A stretch of DNA of 64,000 nucleotides from Octopus vulgaris (Eukaryota), in the NCBI GenBank assembly GCA_951406725.2, contig OX597838.1:41788001-41852000 (forward strand), given 5' to 3'. Shown here one piece after another: positions 50,646-62,724 of this stretch (its first letter is position 1; each line of letters starts with the position of its first letter). The translations under genes and the position numbers were made by a program. A model generated the notes under the pieces. The model saw only the letters and a list, made by a program, of their open reading frames with translations, ran no database searches and had not been told where the DNA came from.

Positions 50646-52062
50646 GGCGAGGGCACTCTGTAAAGTGGTTGGTGTTAGGAAAGGCGTCCAACCACAGAAA
50701 CCAAACCAGAACAGACAATGGAGTCTGGTGTGGCGCTTGGCCTTACCAGTTCTTGTCAAACCATCCAAAAACTGCCAGCATGGCTAAGAGAGGTTAAGTG
50801 ATGAGGGTGATGACGAAAGCAATTGCAGAGTGACTCTTGCCACTTCAGCTGCTCGGTTGACTAATGGCTCTGCTGCTCATAGCAAGAAGTGTGTCCAGTT
50901 ATAAATGATGTTTGCTCTTGAAGTGTTCAAATATTGGAACTTGTTGAAACCATTTCTACCCATCATGCTGACAAACAAACTGAAAAAAGAAACTGATATA
51001 AAAAAAAAAGATAGAAAAAGTAAAGGCAAACAATATGCAAACAAACATGATTGGTTGGTTGAGAGTGAAGTCACACACCAGCTGATGTTCATTGTATGGA
51101 TGCTTTGGGTTTGACGTATCTAGCTAGCTAGCTGTCTGACTTTGTCTCTCCCTCTCTTTCTCTGTCTATCTGTCTCTCTCTCCCTCTCTTTCTCTGTTTG
51201 TCTCTCTCTCTCTCTCTCCACACACATTGTGTGAAAATAGTATAATATATCAAAAATAGAATAACATTTTAGAAAAATGTTGTGTGAAAGCAAATTTTTC
51301 ATCCTCATTGTTTCTAATTTAAGGCACAAAGTTTGTAATTTTAAGGGGAGGGGCATTTGTTGATACCATTGGCTTTAGTACTTGACAGGTATCTTATTGA
51401 CCCAGGAGGGAGGAAATGTAGAGTTGACTTCTACAAGATTTGAACTCAGAACATAAAAAGCTAGAACATATATTGCAAATTTGCCAAACTGCTTTTCACC
51501 TTTTTTTTTTTACAACAGTTTTTGATTTAGATCTGGAACAAACACCATGAGGCATTTTATCCAATGCTATAATGAGTGAAGCTGTGTGGCCTAGTGGTTA
51601 GGTGTTGCACTCACACTCACCAGATTGTGGTTTCAATACCCAGACTGGGCAGCATGTTGTGTTCTTAAGTAAAACACTTCATTTCACTTTGCTCTATTAC
51701 TGTGTGCGACCAGCATGCCAAAGAATACACCCAACATTTTCTCTGCATGTCATAAAATCTGATCAAAAGACATTGAGGTAGGATTTGCACTCTGACCTTG
51801 CAAAACCTTCACCAGCAATGACAACCTAAAAAACAGAGCCATGGGTTTCTTGTATTTACACCATAAATGGAAATAATTTCTTAAACTAAACACACTCAAC
51901 CATTTGATAAATTGGGGTTGACTGGTGGGCTCCAGGTCAAGTAGTGGAATCAATATAACTGACTAAACCCTTGAAACCCTGTGTCCTTATCATGTCTACA
52001 GTCCAAACACAGAAAGCGTGTGTTTGTATTTGCTGTTACAATAAAATGTAAATATTTTGCAG

Positions 52063-52184
52063 ATTAACCAGGGTCACAACCAGAAGAAATTTTCATTTGA
52101 TGCTGTCTTTAAGCCAGAAGCTGATCAGGAAGTAGTTTTTGAAGAGTCAGGAATAAAAAAACTCATTCAAATGGCAGTAGAAGG
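52063..52184 (+). CDS. KIF12: KIF12-like kinesin exon
   Basis: Reads INQGHNQKKFSFDAVFKPEADQEVVFEESGIKKLIQMAVE(G), with the kinesin FxFDxVF...QxxVF motif. Confidence 0.93.
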
Positions 52185-52893
52185 GTAAAGTATCACCCGA
52201 TGGCTTGTCCATTGTCATTTCTAGATTGTGTGTGTGAGTGCTTTATTCAAGGGTTAACAAGGCTACCAATGGTTTCATAGAAAGAGATCTTCATAATTGT
52301 TCAAATGTGCCACATGGAAGTGTTGGTACTCATCTGCATTTTGGACGTGACTGTATATAATATATTTATCCCCACTACATGCTTAGCTGTCTGGTAAGAA
52401 GTTTGCTTCTCAACCACATGGTTCTGGGTTCAGTCCCACTGCATGGTACCTAAGGCAAGTATCTTCTACTACATCCTTAGTCTGACCAAAGCCTTGTGTG
52501 TGGATTTGGTAGATGGAAACTGAAAGAAGCCCATCGGGTATATATTTGTGTATTTTTGTGTCTCTTTATCTTGACATCACTTGAAGGTTGTAAATGAGTG
52601 TCATTATAAGACCCCTTTTTTTGTCCCTTAATACTTCTTCATCCCACCCAGTTGAAGGCCTTGCTTTGTAAATTATTTGATGACCTCACTGCTGTTAGTG
52701 CCACATAAAAAGCAGCCAGTACACTCTAAAGGGGTTGGAATTAGGAACAACATCTAGCTGTGGAAACCAAGCCAAAACTGACAGTAGAGCTTGGGGTAGT
52801 CTTCTGCCTCACCAGTTCCTGTCAAACAGTCCAACCAATTCCAGAATAGAAAACAGCAGGCATTAAATGATGATGATGATGATGATGATATAT

Positions 52894-53169
52894 TGTGGGA
52901 TGACGTCAGCAGCTGGGGAGCTGACCGGAACTTGAGGCTGACCGGAAGGGGAGCCGTGACGCGTGCGCAGCGAGCGGGGTATTCTGCCTTTTCGAGTCAG
53001 GTCGTCGAGGGGTTAAGATGGGTGATCACATTGTTAAGGTTGGGTGAAGCAGCTGCTATCTCTAGCGTTCGGGTCGGGCTGTGTCGAAGGATCCGTTACC
53101 GCTGAAGGGTCTCCACCAGAGCGAAGAGAAGGTAGGTGCCTTTATTTCGAATCTCTCGCACACACCACA
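52894..53169. mobile_element. Probable solo LTR, 276 bp
   Basis: TGTGG...CCACA termini, TATAT on both sides (5-bp TSD, low complexity), GC/CpG-rich. No well-placed polyA signal, so orientation is unresolved. Confidence 0.6.
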
Positions 53170-53187
53170 TATATCATGTCAATTAAT

Positions 53188-53251
<64 letters not shown>

Positions 53252-54484
53252 ATATATCGTGTCGATTAATAAATGACGAAAGAACAGGATTTCTGCAGTG
53301 GTTTCCATTAGCTCACAACTGTTTCTGCTATAAGAAGCAAATCACTGAGAGCTGAAAGCATTTAAAGACATCTTTAAATGCTTTCCACAACAAATGCTTC
53401 ATTCAAATGGCTCCACAGAAACTCTCAGCTGTTGCACAAGCACTCATCTTTGAATGCAGTGCTTCTCATGGCAGAAACAGTTATAAGCTTAAGAAAATAT
53501 GTGACTTCTGTTCTTTTGGCATTTATTAATTTATATTATGCTCTGTACTTGCCTTACTCTAAAGCATTTGTATCTTGAGTTTTAACAACTTTTTATTAGT
53601 ACTGCTATTGCTAAGTGAAATCATAAAATTTATATAACCCAGAATATTCGTGTGAACGACGACTGCTACATTCTAAATATATGAGCTGCACTCAAATGTG
53701 AGTTACACTTGTGCCTTTTAGGATGTCTGCTGCCACTCAGCCTTAAACTATTAGCCAACTCTGAAGAGGCAGCTCAGCAGTTGTCATCATCATCATTTAA
53801 CATCCATGTTCTATGTTGACATGAGTCAGATGGTTTGATAGGAAGTGACAAGTCGAAATACCACATCATGCTCCAATGTCTGCTTTGGCGTGGTTTCTAC
53901 AGTTGGATGCCCTCCCTAATGCTAACCACTTTACAGAGTGGACTGGGTGCTTCTGTTATGCCATCAGCACTAGTGAGGTTGCGAGATTCCGGTCCCCTTC
54001 AACTGGGTGGGGTTACAGTAGAGAAGGAGGAGGTTTTATGCTAAGAGATGAAGGGTGAAAGTATGAGAGAAGTAACCTGGAACAGGTTTGTTGCTGTAGA
54101 AGTGCCACAAAGGTACTCACATGACAGAGGAGAGGGTGGAGGGGAACCAGATTGATGCTGGAGAGAGAGAAAGAGAGAGAATAATAGTGATGAGATGCCA
54201 GGGTGGAGTCTGAAGGTACAAGAAGGTGAATAGAGGTGAGCGAGGATGGAACCAATGGCAGTGTGGGTGGGTAGGATGTGCAAGAATGTATAGGGAGGTT
54301 GGGGAATGGTTAGAGTTGGAGTAGGGATGAAGGGAGAATATAATAATGAAAGATAAACAAAGATTATGTTAGAATTCACAAGACTTTGTCAAACTGCAGT
54401 GATTGTGATGGTCTTTGAGGACCAGTAAGTGAACCTCGAACCTATGGTTCCAATTTACCATTCATTTCCTTCCATCTTTTATAG

Positions 54485-54560
54485 GTATTCCTGTTTGGTG
54501 CTAGCGTATGGACAAACTGGATCAGGTAAAACACACACAATGGTGGGATCATCAACACAG
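54485..54560 (+). CDS. KIF12: KIF12-like kinesin exon (P-loop)
   Basis: Reads YSCLVLAYGQTGSGKTHTMVGSSTQ, with the Walker A motif GQTGSGKT. Confidence 0.95.
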
Positions 54561-55061
54561 GTAGGTTGTTCTTTGTTTTTTGAGGATTTTTTTAGCACCA
54601 CACACACTCTGGGAATTTCTCTTGAAAATAACAATTCCTGTTGAATTTTTCCTAACATCACCATTATTGCCTTCACTTCTATTGTAAGAACCAACACCAG
54701 TTTCAGATAAAAAGCATAACAGAATATCTAAAGAAGAAGAGTCAGTCATGAGTGGGCAAAGGTTAAAGGTCAACCCCCAAAATTTGTTTTTTGTTGGTTG
54801 CTGATTCCAGTCAGCTTGTGGGGAATGTTGTTTCAGTATTGTATCTTACCTCAGGGAGTAGGAATGAAACTGGATCATGGTGGTTTGCATTAGTTGAACT
54901 TGCTTCAGTAAGTTTTCTGACATTTGTTATGTTAATAACAAACGAGTTTTGTGAGTCAAATGTGGCAACCCACAGGGAAAACGTTCAGTTTGGTGCAGAA
55001 GATGAAACTCAAAAAGATATGAGCTTCTGTCTTTCATGTTGGTCTCCTGCCTTCATCTTTG

Positions 55062-55293
55062 TTAAACCTTTAGCATTGAAACTGGTCATAGCCAACCTAA
55101 AATATTCTACCTGTTTTATGTTTAAACCTGCCAGATCCAGCCTCTCACACCTAGCCTGCAATGTCATTCTAGAAATAAACAACCACATCGTTGAAATCTT
55201 GAAGCTACAAGATAATGCACGATAATCAATGCAAAGCAATGTGAATGAATAACGATTACATTTGAAAGAGGAACCTGAATGGTAAATGGTTAA
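55062..55293. mobile_element. TTAA-flanked MITE (piggyBac-like ends)
   Basis: ttaaacctttagcatt...aatggtaaatggttaa. Other TTAA-ended pieces at ~40598-40830, ~46930-47162 and ~56090-56280. Confidence 0.55.
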
Positions 55294-55792
55294 ACTTTGA
55301 CAGAATAACAATAATTCAGTTGGTTTGTTAAAGAAAGCCAGATTCTACAAAGTGGAAACACATTATGGAATCAGATTGATTATTGGGTCAGGTAAAACAC
55401 ACAATATATATGTGTGTGTGTGTGTAAATATATATCCAGGCCTGAACAGTATATTTGTCATTAGCTCTTGAGTGGTGGTAGCTCAAGACTTCAAGCTTAA
55501 GTAGCGTGAGAACTGTATTTGTGTGGGGTAAAACAACAATAAATAAAGCAACAGTCCAGTGAGGTAGGTCTGTCTCTGTTGTTTCTCACCATAACTTGGC
55601 ATAGCTTCAACTCTGTGAGCAAGAAAAGGAAAAAGAAAGAAAAAAAACCTATAGAAAGAACATAAATAAAAGGTACCCACTTAGACAGCTGCTGCAATAA
55701 CCAAAGCAAAGGACAGACACACACACACACACATTTACTGTTTAATGTTTTATGTTTCTAAAATGGATGATTTCCACTCCTTGCTTTTGCAG

Positions 55793-55921
55793 GCTTTTCT
55801 AAAAACTGACATATTTGGTGTTGTTCAAAGAGCAATTCGTTATTTATTCTCAGTTTTTGAGCAGCAAGTTAATATCGAATACACAGTGAAGGCTTCCCAT
55901 GCAGAAATTTACAATGAACAG
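55793..55921 (+). CDS. KIF12: KIF12-like kinesin exon
   Basis: Reads AFLKTDIFGVVQRAIRYLFSVFEQQVNIEYTVKASHAEIYNEQ, with the EIYNE motif. Confidence 0.93.
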
Positions 55922-57169
55922 GTATGAAACACTGAAGTTGATAGACATTTCATATTGGTTTGAAGAAACTATGAGAGTCAGTTTTCTTGATATGGTAACA
56001 CACTATCCCACAATGCATCTGCAATGGCTGCTCCAACATCAAAACTTGAGATATTTGATTGAACTGTCGAAGAAGACATCCATTGGCGTTAATCCCCCTT
56101 TTGTTATATTTCTGTTGAAATTCACTGCTTTTAATTTTGAAAGTAAAGAAAAATTTAATGAAATAACTTTGCCATTATTAATCTAGAATTTGGAATATAA
56201 ATTAACATGAAACTTTGATGAAAGATTTTAATTTAAACCCCATACCGGAGTTAGTCTCAGATTGGTTGGTATCAAAAACTAAATCCCCACTTGTCCCTGC
56301 ACTTGTTTTTCTTGCAGACATCCAGTTGCAGTTATCCAACTGACCAATATTGATCTAAAAAAAAAAAGCATTTGAAAAAAATAAAGCTGCCAGCTTCCAT
56401 AAAAATAGTGATTTTGAGAGACACATATTTCCAAAGTAAAATTTGGAAAGAAGGTTCAAATCAATGTAAGCAACCATTAAGCGTTGTACGGTGTCAGTCA
56501 CAAGTCATCGCTGCTAAATAACTACAGCTGAGAGAAATCAATCAATCAACTGTTCAATACTGAAGAGAAGAAAGAAACTTTAAAATTGTTAATCCTTGAC
56601 AAAGCACTTTACATTGGAAGCTATCAGATGCCTTGATATCTTAGTTGTAAATTTGAAACATCACTGACACTGCCAAGGAGTCTGGCCTGGCTTTCACTTA
56701 TCACTGCTGTGTCATGAAGTATTTCAAAGATTATGCTTTCGTAATTCAAGAGACAGCTTTAACAACTTAATGAATAAAAGAAACAGTAGAATCTTTAAAC
56801 TCCTCCTGTGTTAGTAGAAATAATGACTATGTAATATCATCATCATCATAATCATCATCGTATAGTCCCATCCATGCTAGCATGGGTGGTACTATACTTG
56901 TTGAAAATAATTTTGAATAATCACTTTATCTCTATAGATCTATAGAATTTAGGGTCATCACTACAAGTTAGGATGTTTCATCTCTGAATACGTTGTCTAT
57001 GTAAACAGTGTGATTGAAGATGGGAAGAAACAGGTGATGGGTGTCTATGCATATTTCAAGAGTCCTTGCTCTTTCATCATCAGAAGCACAGCCAATCCGT
57101 CAACTCTCCACCAGCACTAAATTCAGCAGAGTAACACTACTGGAGAGACCGATTTACATATTAAAGACA

Positions 57170-59487
57170 GGGATATTTAGCCAAGGGAGAAGCAGAAAAG
57201 AGGAGGTTTGCCTATGTTCTGCAACGTGAGGACCAAAGAATCAAAGTGTTCTCAATTGCTAGTGTGTGAGAAGAAATTGTGATGTCATAGGAGAGAAATG
57301 TGTCCACATGGCTGATGGTGCACTCATATTTAGTGATTCTGCAAAGAAAGAGACTTGGAGATGCCATTATGAAAGACTGCTGAACTTGGAGAATAAATGG
57401 GAGGAGGAGAGTCTACCAAATGTTGACCCAATTGAAGGACCAGCTACCCAAATCAAGAGTACCTTGGTAGATAAAGCAATTAAGAATATGAAGACAGGAA
57501 AGGCCCACCAGTCCTTCAGGAATCACCACTGAGATGCTTAAAATATCTTGCAGTGTGGGTTATGGTCTAGTCACCCATATTGTAAATCAGGTGGTTCACA
57601 AAGAAGTCATACTCAATGACTGGTGTAGCAGCACAATGGTCAACTGCTACAAAGGTACAGGTGGTGCATTGGATAGAAATAATTACAGAGGTATCAAACT
57701 ATTGGATCAGGTGAAGAAAGTCACAGAGAGGGTCATAGCCCAACTAATTAGCAAGAGAGTTAGTTTAGATGAGATACAGTTTGGTTTTGTTCCAGGGAGA
57801 AGCACCACCAATGTTATATTTCTGGTAAGACAGCTACAGGAGAAATACATAGCCTAAAATAAACCACTGTACTTAGCTTTTACTGACTGGGAGAAAGCTT
57901 TTGACAGGGTCTCCCGATCTATTATCTGGTGGTCAATGCAGAAACTAGGGATAGACGAGTGGCTGGTGAGAGCTGTACAATGTGCAGAGACACCACCACT
58001 AAGGTGAGGATTGGCAATGAGTACAGTGAAGAATTCAATGTACAAGTAGGGGTTCATCAAGGATCGGTCTGAAGCCCCCTTTTGTTCATCACAGTCCTCC
58101 AGGCAATAACAGAGTAACTTAAGACAGGCTGCTTCTGGGAGCTCCTCTATGTTGATGACATTGTTATCGTAGCTGAATCACTACCAGAACTAGAGAAGTT
58201 TCGGGTGTGGAAGCAAGGTCTAGAATCGAAGATCCTTAGAGTTAACCTAGCAAAAACCAAAGTCTTAGTAAGTAGGAAGGCAGACAAATCACAAGTCTCT
58301 TCAGGTAGATGGCCCTGCTTGGTCTGTAGAAAAGGTGTAGGTAGTAACTCTGTAAGATGCACCTGGTGTAAGCTTTGGACACATAAAAAGTACAGCAATG
58401 TCAAAGGAAGGTTAATAGCTTTTGTGTGTGGTGGATGAACAGGTACAATAAACACCGAAAGTGTACAGAAAACAGACTCCATCAACTGCCATGGGAGTAG
58501 GCTAGAGGTGGTAGATAGCTTCTGTTACCTAGGTGATCAAGTTAGTAGCAGAGGTGGATGCTCCGAGAGCATAGCTGTGAGAATAAGATTAGGCTGGGCA
58601 AAGTTTAGAGAGCTCCTACCTCTGCTGGCAACAAAAGGCCTCTCTCTCAGAGTGAAAGGCAGGTTGTATGATGCCTGCATGCAAACAGCCATGCTACATA
58701 GCAGTGAGACATGGGCTGTGACAGCCGAGGACATGTGTAGGCTTGAAGGAAATGAAGCTAGTATGCTTCGCTGGATGTGCAATGTCAGTGTGCATGTTCA
58801 ACAGAGTGTAAGTATCTTGAGAGAAAAGTTAAACATCAGATGTGGTGTGCAAGAGAGGAGACTGCACTGGTATGGTCATGTGATGTGTATGGACAAGGAC
58901 AGCTGCGTAAAGAGGTGCTGATCCCTAACTGTGGAGGGAGCTTGTGGTAGAGGTAGACCCAGGAAGACATGGCATGAGGTGGTGAAGCATGATCTTTGAA
59001 CTTTGGGCCCCACAGAGGCAATGACTAGTGACCGAGACTTTTGGCGATATGCTGTGCTTGAGAAGACCCGTCAAGCCAAGTGAAATTGCAGGTGTGGATG
59101 ATGTTAGTGTCTCGTAACTGGCACCTGTGCAGGTGACGCATGAAAAGCACCTTTCAAGCATTGAGCCTCATGGAAGCAAAGTGGTTGAGCTCCTTTCGAA
59201 TGTTGGGCCTCATGGAGGCAATGACCAAGACCTTTGGCATTATGTTGTGCTTGAGAAGAAGACCCATCAAGCCAAGGACAATCACAGTCACGGCAGATAC
59301 AGGTGTCATGCAAAAATGGCACCTAAAAGCACCCATTACACTCTCAGAGTTGTTGGCATTAGGAAGAGCATCCAGCCATAGAAAACCATGCCAAATCAGT
59401 CTGGAGTCTGGTGCAGCTTTCCAGCTCACCAGTCATGGTCAAACTGTCCAACCCATGCCAGCATGGACAATGGACGTTAAATGATGA
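57170..59487 (+). mobile_element. Older, disrupted RTE LINE of the same PHD-insert family
   Basis: Reads NYRGIKLLDQ..QFGFVPGRST..EKAFDRV..WPCLVCRKGVGSNSVRCTWCKLWTHKK..YLGDQV; multiple stops and frameshifts; 3' tail present. Confidence 0.9.
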
Positions 59488-59706
59488 TTGCCGGTATGGA
59501 CACAGTATTTCATTTTGCAACCCTAATATACTACAAGCTACAATCACAGCTTTACAAGTCAATATTGTGCCTCATCTTGTGTTAGCAGTGCAATATTCTC
59601 ATTTACTGATAACACAAGGTGAAACTCAATATTGACTTGTAAACCTCTAATATAATTGGTAGTATATTAGGATTGCAAAAAGAAATACTGTATCCTTACC
59701 AGCAAT
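59487..59706. repeat. ~220-bp imperfect foldback (MITE-like)
   Basis: attgccggtatggacacagtatttc... pairs with ...gaaatactgtatccttaccagcaat; arms ~100 bp. Confidence 0.75.
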
Positions 59707-59879
59707 TAAAATGTTGAATAATGTTAATCTAAAATGTTACAAGAGACTTATGATTAACTCACTGATTCTGCCATGCCTTGTTAACACACACACACACACA
59801 CTCATACATTCACAATAAATCTATTAAACTTGGTATTACATCTGCACAGTTAAATGACTTAATCCTTGTTCTCTTTTAG

Positions 59880-60015
59880 ATTATTGACCTGTTGAATCCC
59901 CAACCATGGCGCCATTTAGCTCTCCGCTGGTCTAAGAAGAAGAATTTCTATGTAGAGAATCTCTTCCAAGTGGAATGTGAATCAGTGAACAAATTGCTGT
60001 CAGTCTTGGAAGAAG
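59880..60015 (+). CDS. KIF12: KIF12-like kinesin exon
   Basis: Reads IIDLLNPQPWRHLALRWSKKKNFYVENLFQVECESVNKLLSVLEE(G). The LxxRW...FYVExL segment resembles vertebrate KIF12 (LPVRWNKTRGFYVEQL, recalled from memory). Confidence 0.93.
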
Positions 60016-60144
60016 GTGAGGACAGGGTGGAGTTTGCAGTCAGTTAATCTGTCAATCAATTTTCGTCATCATTATCATCATTACCACTGCTGTCATCATC
60101 ACAATCATTATTATTATCATTGTAGCCTTCATCATCATCATTGA

Positions 60145-60700
60145 TATACATTATTACATTCGACGGATATTTGTCCTCATCTTGTTTGTTGTTAACACAA
60201 CGTTTCGGCTGATATACCCTCCAGCCTTCTTCAGGTGTCTTGAGGAAATTTCGAACCTGTGTTCTCATTCCTAAGGTATTTTCGATGTTATTATTATTGT
60301 TATTGTTCAAGTCACTGCTTGGAAACGAACTCAGAATCTTAGGGTTAGTAGCCCACACGTCATATGCCCATGGGCAATTATGGCTTATAAATCTAATATT
60401 TTCCTACCCTTCCTCAATACCGGTTCCCATATGCTGCTCATATCTGCACTCGGTCTGCTAAGGAGGTTGTTGTGTCCTTGCATATGCGCTGCTTCTTTTA
60501 GTTTTCGTATTTTCCAGTGGTGTTCTCTGTCTATTATTTTAACTTCACCCCACAGTTGGAGGTGGTCTCTATTTTTCCATACATGATCAGCTTTATGCCC
60601 GATTTATCAATATCTCGTCGTGTCACAGCTTTGCAATGTTCGTCTACCCTTATTTTGAGGGGGTGGCATGTTTCACCTTTGTATAACCTTCACCGACGTT
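60145..60700 (-). mobile_element. Penelope-like element 3' fragment: GIY-YIG endonuclease plus terminal repeat
   Basis: Minus strand reads YKGETCHPLKIRVDEHCK...DHVW...WGEVKIIDREHHWKIRKLKEAAHM...IWEPVL...* (small frameshifts; stop at 60385), followed by a hammerhead motif. Confidence 0.88.
60194..60239 (-). ncRNA. Minimal type I hammerhead ribozyme
   Basis: GACAC CUGAAGA a GGCUG-gaggguauau-CAGCC GAA ACGU U GUGUU: stems I and II pair, palindromic stem III ACGU, GUU cleavage triplet. Confidence 0.75.
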
Positions 60701-61157
60701 ACCTTTATCTTTCATCCTTCTGGAGCCAGTCATGTACTGGCCAGTCCCTGTAGTGGTGTGGTGGCTTGAATGCCTCAGTAACCCTGAGAGCTATGCCAAC
60801 AGAGCACAAGCTCATGGTTGGGTGCCCCCCTGCTGGATCAGTCAAAGCCACATTAAGAGGAACAACATCTTCCAAGAAGTAAAAATGGGTTTGTGTAACG
60901 TTAACATCCCTACCTAGGAAAAAAGCAAAGTTACAGAAGCATCAGTGACAATTCCAAACCAATAAGATCCAAGAGGAGACGGAATCGAGAAAGAGGCGAA
61001 TAGTTGTTGACGGCCCTCTGTGCAATAAGGAATGAATTACTTTAAGCAAGTCAAATAGTCAGGTTGATGGCATCAACCAGTCCAACCCCTCACTTCAGAA
61101 TTGTTGGACTTGTACTTAATATAGAAACTGTTGTTATTTATTTTTATTTTCTTACAG

Positions 61158-61316
61158 GGTCGAGGAACCGTCATGTTGGGAGCCATCGTGCCAATGAGCT
61201 TTCAAGTCGTAGCCATGCCATTTTCACAATCAGCATTGCATCAAAGATACGAGACCCTACTGATTCTAGTCTGTGGTTGACGCGGAAGGGAAAGTTAATC
61301 TTCACAGACCTTGCAG
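61158..61316 (+). CDS. KIF12: KIF12-like kinesin exon (switch I, start of switch II)
   Basis: Reads SRNRHVGSHRANELSSRSHAIFTISI...GKLIFTDLA(G). Confidence 0.95.
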
Positions 61317-61820
61317 GTAATTTAGCCTCTTAATAAAGTTCTAGGTTTTAAAGCCAAGGCTTTCTATTGGAAAGAGCCTTGGCTTTCGTTAAAATATAGT
61401 CTCTTTGGATAAGAAAAAGTAGTTGATGCTTACCTTCATTGAATAGAAAAGTGATCCTGTTCCATGCACAAATGAAACCCTCCACCCTGAATGGAACCTG
61501 ATGCCATGACTGTGAAACTTGGCAGGTGAGTTTGGAAGATCTGAAGAAATTAAAAGACAGGTGAAGGTTGCCATGGGAACAAGCAGAAAGATGGGACTTG
61601 AGAAAATTCTGACTCTAAAAGACCAGATGACACAGAACTGGTGGTGTTGGTGGTGGTGGTGGTAGTGACAGTGATGGTGGTGGTTGTGGTAATAGTAGAA
61701 AGAGAGAAGACTTGTTCTACAACCACTAGTATACTTAATGTCATAATACAGCAATATAATGATATACTACTGCTATGCTAATATTCTAGTATAATAGTAA
61801 ATTGTGTTTGTAATTTTCAG

Positions 61821-61904
61821 GAAGTGAGAAAGTAAGAAATTCCTGCCTGTCTGAAGACATATTAACAGAATCAAACAGTATTAATAAAAGTCTGTTAGTC
61901 TTAG
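61821..61904 (+). CDS. KIF12: KIF12-like kinesin exon
   Basis: Reads SEKVRNSCLSEDILTESNSINKSLLVL(G). Confidence 0.95.
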
Positions 61905-62605
61905 GTAAGTATAGGGAGAGGGCATTCTTGCCTTCTGCTCCCTGTCTGGCACTTATTTTAATGTTCTCTATTTATTGAACTGCTAAATGTGTGGTTAAGA
62001 AGTTGAAGTGGTTTAGTAACCACTGTGTACCATCTTGTGCAAATGTCTTCTGCTGGAGCCCCAAATCATCTGATGCATGGTCAAGGAATCTTGTAAATGG
62101 TAACTGTACAAAGTATGTTGTGCACACACACACACACACACACACATTTCTGTGTATGTGTGTCATTGTCGTTTTAATGTCGACCTTCCTATTGCTCACA
62201 TGAGTAGGACAGAATTTATTGAAGCAGATTTTCTAATGCCAGATGTCCTTCCTGTTGCCAACTTTCACCTGTTTCCGAGAAAATTGATAGGTTCCTAAGG
62301 TCAGACAATTTTTTTTTTATGAAAGACTGGAAACAAACAACATTGCTTCTATGATGATGATTCTCATTAACAACCGTTATTTGATGCCAAGATAACACTA
62401 CACACACACACACACATGGCAGGCGTTTTTCAGTTTCTCTCTACCAAATCCTCTCACAAGGCTTGGGTTGGCCCAGGTGCTGTGCAGTGGGACTAAACCC
62501 AAGCCTACATAGTTGGGAAGCAACCTTCTTAACCACACAACAATGGCTGCACCTGTTTTCTTTGAAATTAATACTTTTTAATTCCATCTCCATCTTTTTC
62601 TCTAG

Positions 62606-62724
62606 GAAAGTGTATTTCCAGTCTGGGTGACCCAAAGAAGAAATATGGACATATACCCTATCGGGATAGCAAACTCACCAAGCTACTTTCAGAGAGTTTG
62701 AGTGGAGCAGGAGTGGTTTTGCTG
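62606..62724 (+). CDS. KIF12: KIF12-like kinesin exon (gene continues beyond window)
   Basis: Reads [39 protein letters not shown], with the [10 protein letters not shown] motif. Confidence 0.95.

Noticed and set aside
54791-55225. 144-aa intronic ORF
   Set aside because: No recognisable domain, runs into a MITE, and is not needed for a continuous kinesin reading frame.
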